Source of the DNA: a virus
Taxonomy: Duplodnaviria; Caudoviricetes
DNA: 29,844 nucleotides
Direction: 5' to 3' (one strand)
IMG/VR virus record: IMGVR_UViG_3300010148_000073
Span: 1 to 29,844 of that record
Shown here: positions 1 to 8,054 of the stretch, piece by piece
Numbering within the stretch: the stretch's first letter is position 1
Layout: each line of letters opens with the position of its first letter
Made by a program: the position numbers and the translations under genes
Notes under the pieces: generated by a model
The model's database searches: none
What the model was told of the DNA's origin: nothing
Seen by the model: only the letters and a program-made list of their open reading frames with translations

Positions 1-2
1 AA

Positions 3-11
3 TGTTTATAG
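3..11 (+). promoter_or_regulatory. Archaeal TATA-box-like promoter element (TGTTTATAG)
   Basis: TTTATA at 5-10 lies about 30 nt upstream of ATG 38. The same 9-mer recurs at 9849-9857 upstream of the MCM-like gene. Confidence 0.5.
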
Positions 12-37
12 CCCTGTTTCGCCCGAGGCCGGGTTCC

Positions 38-901
38 ATGAAGTTAGAAGACATGATTCACGATGCAGAACACCCCCTCAGTGCAATCAAAGAGATGCTC
101 TCTGAGGGCAACCTCCCAGATTTGCTATTGCACGGCCCACCCGGAACAGGCAAGACGACCACTGCCCACGCCATTGCCAGTCACGTAGGGGCTGAGATAC
201 ACGAGTTCAACGCCTCTGATGAGCGTGGTATAGATTTCATACGCAACAGAGTCAAGGAAGTAGCCACACAAAGAGGCTACAGCGACCACACAATCATTCT
301 GCTCGATGAGGCTGACGGCCTCACCAAGCAAGCACAGGACGCTCTCAGGCGCATAATAGAGACTGGCCATGCTCTATTCATACTGACAGCGAACGACTAT
401 GCGAACATCACAGGCGCATTGAAGTCACGCTGTCTGGCATTCAACTTCAGACCATACAACGCAGAGGAGGTACTGACTCTACTGCAGACAAGGTTCCCTA
501 ACCTTACCACAGAGCACTCAGCCATAGTGGCAGCCGCATGGAACGGCGACCTCAGGGAAATCAGCAGAGCCATGGAGAGAGCGACTAGTGTGGACAATCT
601 AATTGCCATAGCAGGGAGCACCGCACAAACCTACGCAAACCCCTCACTATCTATCGTTGGAGGCGATTGGGAGAGTCTGAGAAAGGAACTGCTCATACTA
701 ACCGGAGTCTCTACCATTTCAATGTTAAATAGGTTGCACGATAAAGTGCGACAACTTGATATGGAGCCTGCTAGGTTCCATCACTATTCCCGCATCTGGG
801 GAGATGCAGTGCTGGCCGCCCATCAATGGCCCCTCGGCTACGAGGGGTTTGTTGATTGGTTCGTGGGTAGTCTCGCTTCCTTGTGGGATAAGGAAGAGTG
901 A
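38..901 (+). CDS. rfcS: Replication factor C small subunit (clamp loader AAA+ ATPase)
   Basis: LLLHGPPGTGKTT Walker A, EFNASDERGID, ILLDEAD Walker B, AQDALRRIIE and ALKSRC (SRC motif). Start at ATG 38 is inferred; the frame is also open from position 2. Confidence 0.93.
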   Translation: MKLEDMIHDAEHPLSAIKEMLSEGNLPDLLLHGPPGTGKTTTAHAIASHVGAEIHEFNASDERGIDFIRNRVKEVATQRGYSDHTIILLDEADGLTKQAQDALRRIIETGHALFILTANDYANITGALKSRCLAFNFRPYNAEEVLTLLQTRFPNLTTEHSAIVAAAWNGDLREISRAMERATSVDNLIAIAGSTAQTYANPSLSIVGGDWESLRKELLILTGVSTISMLNRLHDKVRQLDMEPARFHHYSRIWGDAVLAAHQWPLGYEGFVDWFVGSLASLWDKEE

Positions 902-906
902 AGAAA

Positions 907-2217
907 ATGAGTGATAATGAATTACCGGAAGAAGTGAAAGAAAGATTGCGATGGTACGCTGAGCAACACAGCGTGTCAGAGGACGAGGCAGCAAAGCAGT
1001 ACCTCGACTACATCGAGGAGCATCTCGGCATCGTCAACCCAAACGAAGAGGATGAGGACTTCCTCGTTGACGCAGCAGAGACGTTCGTCGTTGAGAGAAG
1101 AGTCATGCAGGCTCCCGGCGGTAGCACCGTCGAGTGGGTAGGCTGTTTCATAGCCATCGAGCCAAAGATACGCGACAAGAGAGCCAACATCCGAGAGCAG
1201 GCACTGTCAGAGGCCAGAAAAGACCTCACTAACGCCATCAATGGTGGGAGGATAGCACGTGCCTTCGTTGAGAATGGTGTGTGGATGCTTGAGAAGGCCA
1301 ATGGCATAGTAGCCTCCACGCAAGAAAGGTTCGTAGAGGGTGAAGACCCATGGTTCCTAGTGAGGGACAGTGGGATGACTCTCTGTTTGCTGCAAAGCAA
1401 CCCTGACTGGGCACGACATGGAGAGCCAATCGCACCGTCTCTGTTCAGCAGAACCTACAGGTTCTACGGGAACGAACCTCAGATGTACGCCGATGACATG
1501 CAGGCCATACGCATTGACGTAGGAGGAGCGACTGAAGAGGACGTTTCCAAGGCTGTCAGGATAGGGCAGGCGTGTAAGATACAATTACGCCCACAAGGCA
1601 CTGTCACTGAGGGTTGGGAGGACTCCTATCGCGCTGCTAACAACTTCTTCGCCAACGTAGTCTACACAGACGATTTCGTGGAAGAGAGCGACAGGCAGTA
1701 CCTCAAGGGAGAGATTCTCATGGGCGGCATGGATTCCTATGTCGCTGATTTGACTGAACTGATGGAGGTCTACCAGAACCAATCTGAGAAGGTATCTGGC
1801 TATGACACCCCCGTTGGTCCTCTCGTTTGCATCAAGGGAAAGGTAACTGACATCAACAGGACCGGATATGAGACTGAGTACGACCCATACGGCAAAGATT
1901 TCAGCATGAGAGTATCCTCCTTCCAATTACAGAGGGAGTTCGCCAATGACATGTGGAGGAAGGAAATCACTGTCAGAGTACATGGTTTCCTAGGTGACGA
2001 GTGTCACGCATTCGACTACGAGGGTCGTGAGGGGTGGAAGCCCTATGCAGTGAAGTCCACGGTCTACATCTTCGGTAGGCTCGGTGTGAGAGCCACTGAT
2101 GACGGGCAGGTCCCTGCCATGAAGGCCATGGGCATTTACGTCCCTCCTCGGCTGGCAATCCCAGCCGGTGAGGGTGGCGACACGAGCCTAGACCAGTTCG
2201 GCGGTGGTGGGCAATGA
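907..2217 (+). CDS. Probable ssDNA-binding (OB-fold, RPA-like) protein with PIP-like C-terminus
   Basis: OB-like strands VCIKGKVTDI and TVYIFGRL. Flexible tail GEGGDTSLDQFGGGGQ. Lies between the clamp loader and the ATPase. Alternative GTG start at 898. Confidence 0.55.
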   Translation: MSDNELPEEVKERLRWYAEQHSVSEDEAAKQYLDYIEEHLGIVNPNEEDEDFLVDAAETFVVERRVMQAPGGSTVEWVGCFIAIEPKIRDKRANIREQALSEARKDLTNAINGGRIARAFVENGVWMLEKANGIVASTQERFVEGEDPWFLVRDSGMTLCLLQSNPDWARHGEPIAPSLFSRTYRFYGNEPQMYADDMQAIRIDVGGATEEDVSKAVRIGQACKIQLRPQGTVTEGWEDSYRAANNFFANVVYTDDFVEESDRQYLKGEILMGGMDSYVADLTELMEVYQNQSEKVSGYDTPVGPLVCIKGKVTDINRTGYETEYDPYGKDFSMRVSSFQLQREFANDMWRKEITVRVHGFLGDECHAFDYEGREGWKPYAVKSTVYIFGRLGVRATDDGQVPAMKAMGIYVPPRLAIPAGEGGDTSLDQFGGGGQ

Positions 2218-3188
2218 GCGGTTTCAAAGCATTGAAAGAAAAGGAGAAGTCCTTGGGCGAAGGTGTCCAAGAGGCTCTTCATAACGTCGCTAAGACTCCA
2301 ATGACCCCGGAAACGAAAAAGCCCATGCAGGAGAAACCAAAGGAAACTGAGTGGTTCGCTGAGGAAATAGCACCCATAACAGGTGAGTTCGGCGGAGTGG
2401 TGGGGGATGACGGAACCTGCAAAACAGCAGTTGTTTTCGACAGCATCCCTAAAGGCCAATGCTGCCTCGTAATAGACTTCGATGGTGGCGGCGCCAAACT
2501 CCGTGACGCCTTCTACCAAGACAGGCGCTCTGAGTTCAAGTGTCAGAACCCATGGGTGATGGAAGGGGAGGCCAGAACGGCCTACAACTACCCTGCTACT
2601 CATGACAAGGTCATGGCGATAGGCAGGAGAGCCCTAGAATGGGCTCAGGCCCAGAATAGCGCTGAGTACGAAGGAGAGCGCTTACACACTGTCCTAGTGA
2701 CCGCTGTGGACCTCTGGGACTCAGTAGCGAGTGCTTGTATGTTCATCGAAGACCTAGGAACAGCCCCAGACGGCATAGGGGCGAAAATCAGCCCTCATGA
2801 GAAAGTAGGAATGAGGTTCAATTGGCAGATACGCAGCACTCGGTTCCATCAATTGACGTCTTTGTGCAGAGAATTGACCCGACATGGTGTCAATGTCTAC
2901 TACGAGACCCATTGGAACTACGAACAGACAAAAGACGGCAGTATGACGGGCAACAGAAAGCCCAGATGGGAGAAGCAGACCGCTAACTACCTACATACCG
3001 TCTTGGAGATGCAATCCACATCCGTGCGAGATGACGAAGGTCGTCTGACAGGCGAAACACGCTATGAGGCCACTTTCACCAAATCTCGCAGTCGGCCAGA
3101 CCTTCTGAATAAGACCAGATTGGTCATGACGACCTATGAGGACAAGAATCACAAATGGAACGGATTGCCCGAATTGAAGGGTGAGTGA
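2214..3188 (+). CDS. RecA-superfamily (RadA/Sak4/AAA_24-like) ATPase
   Basis: Variant Walker A GVVGDDGTCKT, LVIDFDGG strand, Walker-B-like TVLVTAVD, VNVYYETH. ATGA overlap with the upstream gene. Confidence 0.7.
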   Translation: MSGFKALKEKEKSLGEGVQEALHNVAKTPMTPETKKPMQEKPKETEWFAEEIAPITGEFGGVVGDDGTCKTAVVFDSIPKGQCCLVIDFDGGGAKLRDAFYQDRRSEFKCQNPWVMEGEARTAYNYPATHDKVMAIGRRALEWAQAQNSAEYEGERLHTVLVTAVDLWDSVASACMFIEDLGTAPDGIGAKISPHEKVGMRFNWQIRSTRFHQLTSLCRELTRHGVNVYYETHWNYEQTKDGSMTGNRKPRWEKQTANYLHTVLEMQSTSVRDDEGRLTGETRYEATFTKSRSRPDLLNKTRLVMTTYEDKNHKWNGLPELKGE

Positions 3189-3419
3189 GTGTCACGAAAA
3201 CTCATCATACCTGAAAATAACTGTGAGCGCTGTGACGGCCTAGGAGTGCTAATGAAGATAGTTGACACTCTCCATGGGAAGGACTTCGACCCGGTGATGT
3301 GCGATTGCTTGCTAGAGAAGCAATATAGCGAAGACCGAAAAGTTCTTATACACGACGCATGCGAGGCCGCGCCAGAATTGGGACACTGCTCTAAAGGGGT
3401 GAGAGAATCACCCGAGTGA
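3189..3419 (+). CDS. Small Cys-rich putative zinc-finger protein
   Basis: CERCDGLG...CDC pattern. GGTGA SD, GTG start directly after the previous stop, GTGA overlap with the next gene. Confidence 0.6.
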   Translation: MSRKLIIPENNCERCDGLGVLMKIVDTLHGKDFDPVMCDCLLEKQYSEDRKVLIHDACEAAPELGHCSKGVRESPE

Positions 3420-4156
3420 GTCTCGGCAAGGCTGGCCTCATCTCATTCTTGACAGGATTCGGACCGGGAGTGGGTGACCTACGTCTCAAGGCAGCACAGA
3501 TGTCGCTGTCTGGGACGGTCGCTCTCCCCACACACATGCTGCACACGAGAATCAGTGCCACTGTGGATGACGCTGGTGACATAGTCATAGCCGACTTGGC
3601 TAAACTGCTGACGTTCGTCAAGACGCTACCACAGGACGCATTAGTGAGTCTGTGGCAGCCTAAGAACAGCACCTTGAGGGTCATATCAGGCAAGACTGAA
3701 CTGACCCTGCCTACCACCGACTATGTAGCCTCACACAAGAACGTGACCAAGGCCATGGCGTTGGTGACAGATGCAGAGAACAGCAACTGGAAGTCATGGG
3801 CAGGCAAGGCACTCACGTGCTACGGGAGACTGCAAGTGGCTGACTTGACTCAACTGAAGTCAGTAGAGAAAGTGATTGGCAAGGACACCCCTGTCACGAT
3901 GAAGTTCGACCCCAATGAAGAGCATCTCGAGTTCGCTGCAGGGGCACGTGGCAGTGCGTCGATGTCCATCTGCGTAGACGTGGAGGACTGTGACGGTCCC
4001 GAGGCCAAGTCCCACTACGGGTCTTGGCTGCCTCAAGTGCTGCACATGATACCTGCTGGTTCGGTAGAACTTTACACTGCCAATGACTTCGTGTGCATAT
4101 TCCGTCACACCGAGAAGGACCACCTACTACTAGTGATGGATAAGAGAGGTGAATGA
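3416..4156 (+). CDS. Probable divergent DNA sliding clamp (PCNA-like)
   Basis: 246 aa matches PCNA size. Two-domain alternating helix/strand pattern ending HLLLVMDKR. Directly upstream of polB in a block that also has RFC. Canonical motifs are weak. Confidence 0.6.
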   Translation: MSLGKAGLISFLTGFGPGVGDLRLKAAQMSLSGTVALPTHMLHTRISATVDDAGDIVIADLAKLLTFVKTLPQDALVSLWQPKNSTLRVISGKTELTLPTTDYVASHKNVTKAMALVTDAENSNWKSWAGKALTCYGRLQVADLTQLKSVEKVIGKDTPVTMKFDPNEEHLEFAAGARGSASMSICVDVEDCDGPEAKSHYGSWLPQVLHMIPAGSVELYTANDFVCIFRHTEKDHLLLVMDKRGE

Positions 4157-4157
4157 G

Positions 4158-6476
4158 ATGATTGTGGATGACTACTACGAAAACGGCGAGACTCCCATTA
4201 TCTACACACGATATCGTGATGCTGACGGGACTCTGATAGAGGACAGTGTCAGGCACTACAAGCCTTACTTCTGGATTCCTGCTAATGTAGGGGAGTTCCG
4301 CAAGCGCAGACTGCTAGTCAGATATCCGGGCACCGTCATCACCGATGAGACATCAGTGGGCTTGGACGGCACTCCACTCGTCAAGGTCGAGGCTGAGTCT
4401 CCCTTCGATATCATCAGTATGAGGAGGGAGTTCGACAAGACCTACGAGGCTGACATCAGATTCACAGACAGGTGGTTGATAGACAACGTCCCTGTCATGC
4501 CAGAGTGGAAGCCACGCAAGTGGTGGTTCGACATAGAGGCAGACCCCGAAGAGGGCTTCACTACCATCATCGCTGTGATAGATAGCGACTTAGACACACC
4601 AGTGGTATTCGCATGGGCAGACGAGCGAACCAATTGCTCTTACGATGACAGGCTTGCCTTGTACTATCGTGAAGTGCGTGACGTAACCTACGAACTAAGG
4701 TTGTATGGCTCAGAGTCTGAACTCCATGAGGGATTCGTAGAGTTCCTACAGGAACGTGACCCTGACATGCTGATAGCACACGCAGGTTCCTTCTTCGACA
4801 TACCTCACTTGATAGAGAGGATACCCAACCCCCAGAGGCTCAGTCCAGTGGGGCAGATACGTAAGATGAAGAGAGGGAAGGACAGGTATGACCCCACCGA
4901 CCAGCCCATAGTGGGTAGGTGGCAGTTCGATACGGCGGCACAGGCTGTCACTGGCACTGGCTTTGAGCGTGTCTGGAAGGACAGTGGTGGCGGACAACTG
5001 CCATCACTCAAACTAAACGACATCGCTGAGACTGTGGGCTTGGGCTCCAAACTAACTGAGGATATAGAGGGGATGGATGTCTACAATGGATGGTACGAGT
5101 ATTGGGATGACTTCGTAGACTACTGTCTGCTTGACACTCATTTGCTACGAGGGATAGACGAGGCACGGAACGTGACTGACTTCTACGTAGAAATGGTCAG
5201 ACTATGCGGAGTCTCCCTCCCATCAGCCTGTAATGTCACTAACTTCGCTCGAGGGCTACTGTCTCGAAGGACTGACAAGAAGGCACACACTCGATTCAAG
5301 GCGGGTGACATTGACAAACTCAAGGGGGCCGAGGTAGGCCTCAATTGTGTGACAGGCCTTCATGAGGGTGTAGGTGTCATAGACTACAAGGGACTGTATC
5401 CCTCGATAATTCTAGGCAGCAATCTGTCATACGAGACGAAGAGAGACGGGCCCGGTGAGAACATCATCCAGTTGGAGAATGGTTCGTACTGGGACCAGTC
5501 GGAGCAAGGACTGCTTCCCTCTGTGGTGCAGTATCTCTTCGAGTACCGTGACACATGCAAGCAACGCATGCGAGACGCCGAGACTCTAGAGGAGAGAGCG
5601 GCATGGAACACCACACAGATGGCAGTCAAGAGAGTGATGGCCAGCCTCTATGGTATGTGTGCTCACATCGGCTATGGGTGGGCTGATGGTGACATCGCAC
5701 ACACTATCACTCAAGAGGGCAGGCGTTGCATCCGCCTCCTAGATAGCGTGGCCACCACCTACGGATACGAGTGCCTCTACGGACACACGGACTCGGCATT
5801 CGTCAAGGTCCCCAACGTGGAAGAGGCACACAAACTCGCTGACAAGATAACAGTGGCAGTGCAGAGGGAAACAGGCAACAACATGCTCTTCGCTGAACTG
5901 GAGGCTTGGATGCCCTATTGGCTACTGACCAAGAAGAACAGGTACGTAGGCAAGATAGTCTGGCCAGAAGAGGAGGATGGCAAACTCAAGGTAGCAGGCT
6001 TCGGTATGAAGGCATCGAACACTGCACCCCTATCCAAGAAGATACAGAAGGGAGTGTTCGAGTTGATATGTGATGGCGCTAATGAGGATGCTGTTCAGGA
6101 GTTCGTGTACCCCATAGCCATGAGCGTCAGGAAGGGCGACGTTCAATTGGAGGATGTGTCAATGAAGACCAGATTGAGTATGGACTTGAAGGACTACAAG
6201 GTGCTCAGTGGTGCATCAAAAGCAGCGTCCTTCTATAATGACAAATTCGACGAGAAGTTTGGCAAAGGTGACTCGGTTCCATGGACTTACGTCAAAGAGG
6301 AGCCGGGCATCGCAGCCTATCGTGAACCAGAGGATTTGGAGGGTCTCACATTGGATTCAGATATGATTTTGAAGAAAATGCTAAAGACCAAGTTGGACAG
6401 TATCTATTCTACCCTTTCTTGGGACTTGGACGGAGCACTCGGTGCACCCACTCCCAAGGCTTACGGGTGGTGGTGA
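4158..6476 (+). CDS. polB: Family B DNA polymerase, archaeal type
   Basis: ExoI FDIE, ExoII FFDIPHL, ExoIII YCLLD, motif A DYKGLYPSII, motif B KRVMASLYG, motif C YGHTDS, KKNRY. GAGGTGA SD at 4146-4152 favours ATG 4158. Confidence 0.97.
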   Translation: MIVDDYYENGETPIIYTRYRDADGTLIEDSVRHYKPYFWIPANVGEFRKRRLLVRYPGTVITDETSVGLDGTPLVKVEAESPFDIISMRREFDKTYEADIRFTDRWLIDNVPVMPEWKPRKWWFDIEADPEEGFTTIIAVIDSDLDTPVVFAWADERTNCSYDDRLALYYREVRDVTYELRLYGSESELHEGFVEFLQERDPDMLIAHAGSFFDIPHLIERIPNPQRLSPVGQIRKMKRGKDRYDPTDQPIVGRWQFDTAAQAVTGTGFERVWKDSGGGQLPSLKLNDIAETVGLGSKLTEDIEGMDVYNGWYEYWDDFVDYCLLDTHLLRGIDEARNVTDFYVEMVRLCGVSLPSACNVTNFARGLLSRRTDKKAHTRFKAGDIDKLKGAEVGLNCVTGLHEGVGVIDYKGLYPSIILGSNLSYETKRDGPGENIIQLENGSYWDQSEQGLLPSVVQYLFEYRDTCKQRMRDAETLEERAAWNTTQMAVKRVMASLYGMCAHIGYGWADGDIAHTITQEGRRCIRLLDSVATTYGYECLYGHTDSAFVKVPNVEEAHKLADKITVAVQRETGNNMLFAELEAWMPYWLLTKKNRYVGKIVWPEEEDGKLKVAGFGMKASNTAPLSKKIQKGVFELICDGANEDAVQEFVYPIAMSVRKGDVQLEDVSMKTRLSMDLKDYKVLSGASKAASFYNDKFDEKFGKGDSVPWTYVKEEPGIAAYREPEDLEGLTLDSDMILKKMLKTKLDSIYSTLSWDLDGALGAPTPKAYGWW

Positions 6477-6480
6477 AAAA

Positions 6481-6600
6481 ATGGAAGAAGGAAAGACAAA
6501 ACAAATGAGGCAAACGACGCTGTGGGAGTTCCTCCCCGGCAATGGAAGACAGACCACCTTGGAGGAGTTCGGTGTCAGAAGAACAGCAAATACCCACTGA
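6481..6600 (+). CDS. 39-aa microprotein with two tandem PIP-box-like motifs (not in ORF track)
   Basis: Manual translation MEEGKTKQMRQTTLWEFLPGNGRQTTLEEFGVRRTANTH*. GGTGA SD at 6472-6476. Fills the gap between polB and the next gene. Confidence 0.75.
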   Translation: MEEGKTKQMRQTTLWEFLPGNGRQTTLEEFGVRRTANTH

Positions 6601-6853
6601 CGCTGTGCTCTGGCGGGTGGCTCACCTACTTCGTGAAAAGAACGAGAAGTATGGCGATAGCGCTCTTGACCCAATGAGATTATTCTACAAAGGTGGAAAC
6701 GACGCTGCTGACATGATTAGGATACGGATAGATGACAAGTTGTCTCGACTGGCACGTGGTAGTGAGGGTATCGAGACAGACCTCGACATCTATCATGACC
6801 TCATTGGTTACCTCGCGCTTCTCATAGTAGCACTAGAGGGCGGTGAGAAGTAA
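6572..6853 (+). CDS. Nucleotide-modification-associated domain 1 (Nmad1/DUF1599-like, all-alpha) protein
   Basis: LLREKNEKYGDS...RIDDKLSRL...DLIGY pattern. GGAGG SD at 6561-6565 favours GTG 6572 over ATG 6542. Confidence 0.7.
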   Translation: MSEEQQIPTDAVLWRVAHLLREKNEKYGDSALDPMRLFYKGGNDAADMIRIRIDDKLSRLARGSEGIETDLDIYHDLIGYLALLIVALEGGEK

Positions 6854-7773
6854 TGGGTTTGACTCTGGTCTATGATGACCAATCATCCTATGCTTGGGCA
6901 CCCAAGATGGGAGAAGAGGACATTATAATCAGAGTGAGTAAATCCACACTTACTGCTAGTAAGTGGTGCCCCAAGCAACTGTGGTTGTCAAAGACTCATG
7001 AGGTTCCGCAGTTGCAGCACGATTACCTAGTGATAGGTGACGATGTGCATCAGAGCATGGAAGCGTTCTATGACAACATAGATGCTGACAATATCCCACT
7101 GCTGAAAGAAGCGGCAGAAGAGGGCAAGGACCGATTGGTGATGGAGCAACTCAGGACATACCTCCCTAGCCGTGACGAGGTCATCGGCATGAGGAGAGAT
7201 TCCTCAAAAGACGAGCCCTTCTATGAGTTGGAGTATGACCATAACATCACGTGGTTGCTTCGGAATGAGATACTCAGACTGTCTCTCACCGAGGCAAAAC
7301 ATTTCTTACCTGTAGCAAACGAGGTGAAACTCTCACCGAGAGCCACGTTCCATGTAGATGACAGGGAAGTGAAAGTGCAACTAGTGGGTATCATTGACCG
7401 AATCTTCAGTGAGGGTGAGAGCGGTCTGGCCCTGATGGAGTTGAAGACAGGGAAATGGCACCCAAGGAAACTGTCTGCCATGAGAATGGAAATGGCGTAC
7501 TACAAGATGCTCATCGAACTGTCTACTGAAGACGAATTGAAAGAGGCAGGGCTCAATGACAAGATGGTCACTCATTGGGGCTGGCGATACAGCGCAGCAG
7601 ACAGGCTTGACTACGAGCCAGTGAAGAGAGTGAGCGAGCGTGCTATGCAGACATCGTTGAACAAACTGCTACGCATGTACGTGGACCAAGAGTTCCCTGT
7701 CACTAAGGACGACTTCAAGTGTTCTTACTGTGACTACATGGACCTCTGTCCGAAGTTCAAGGTGGAAGCATAA
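6853..7773 (+). CDS. Cas4/AddB-like PD-(D/E)XK nuclease with probable Fe-S cluster
   Basis: N-terminal CPKQ, GDDVH, GIIDRI, MELKTG and C-terminal CSYCDYMDLC (1+3 Cys arrangement). Confidence 0.88.
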   Translation: MGLTLVYDDQSSYAWAPKMGEEDIIIRVSKSTLTASKWCPKQLWLSKTHEVPQLQHDYLVIGDDVHQSMEAFYDNIDADNIPLLKEAAEEGKDRLVMEQLRTYLPSRDEVIGMRRDSSKDEPFYELEYDHNITWLLRNEILRLSLTEAKHFLPVANEVKLSPRATFHVDDREVKVQLVGIIDRIFSEGESGLALMELKTGKWHPRKLSAMRMEMAYYKMLIELSTEDELKEAGLNDKMVTHWGWRYSAADRLDYEPVKRVSERAMQTSLNKLLRMYVDQEFPVTKDDFKCSYCDYMDLCPKFKVEA

Positions 7774-8054
7774 TGGACAGAGACTTCCGCATTGCAGTAG
7801 AAGAAATCAGGTGGTCGGCAAAGGACCAACTGCGGCAAGCGATGGTAGTCTCCTTGAGAAAGCAGTTCGGCAGTAACAATGTATTCATGCACTTCTCTGA
7901 CGATATCCCCAGAGGGCTACTGGTAGACCCAGTGCCAATTGGGGATTCCTTGGACATCAGGATACCGAAGGACCTCAGTCCTACATCAGTCGAAGAACTG
8001 TACTTCGCGTGTGTGAGTGCTTGTCAAGAATTTAAGTTGGGTGAAAGAGAATGA
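7773..8054 (+). CDS. Hypothetical protein (93 aa)
   Basis: TAATG and ATGA overlaps with both neighbours. No motif recognised. Confidence 0.7.
   Translation: MDRDFRIAVEEIRWSAKDQLRQAMVVSLRKQFGSNNVFMHFSDDIPRGLLVDPVPIGDSLDIRIPKDLSPTSVEELYFACVSACQEFKLGERE

Noticed and set aside
6542-6571. Track start ATG 6542 for the Nmad1-like gene
   Set aside because: No SD, and it lies inside the PIP micro-ORF. GTG 6572 has GGAGG at normal spacing.
6853-7773. Cas4-like nuclease as a sign of a CRISPR-Cas or casposon system
   Set aside because: No cas1, other cas genes or repeat-spacer array was seen. Solo Cas4-like nucleases are common in viral replication blocks.
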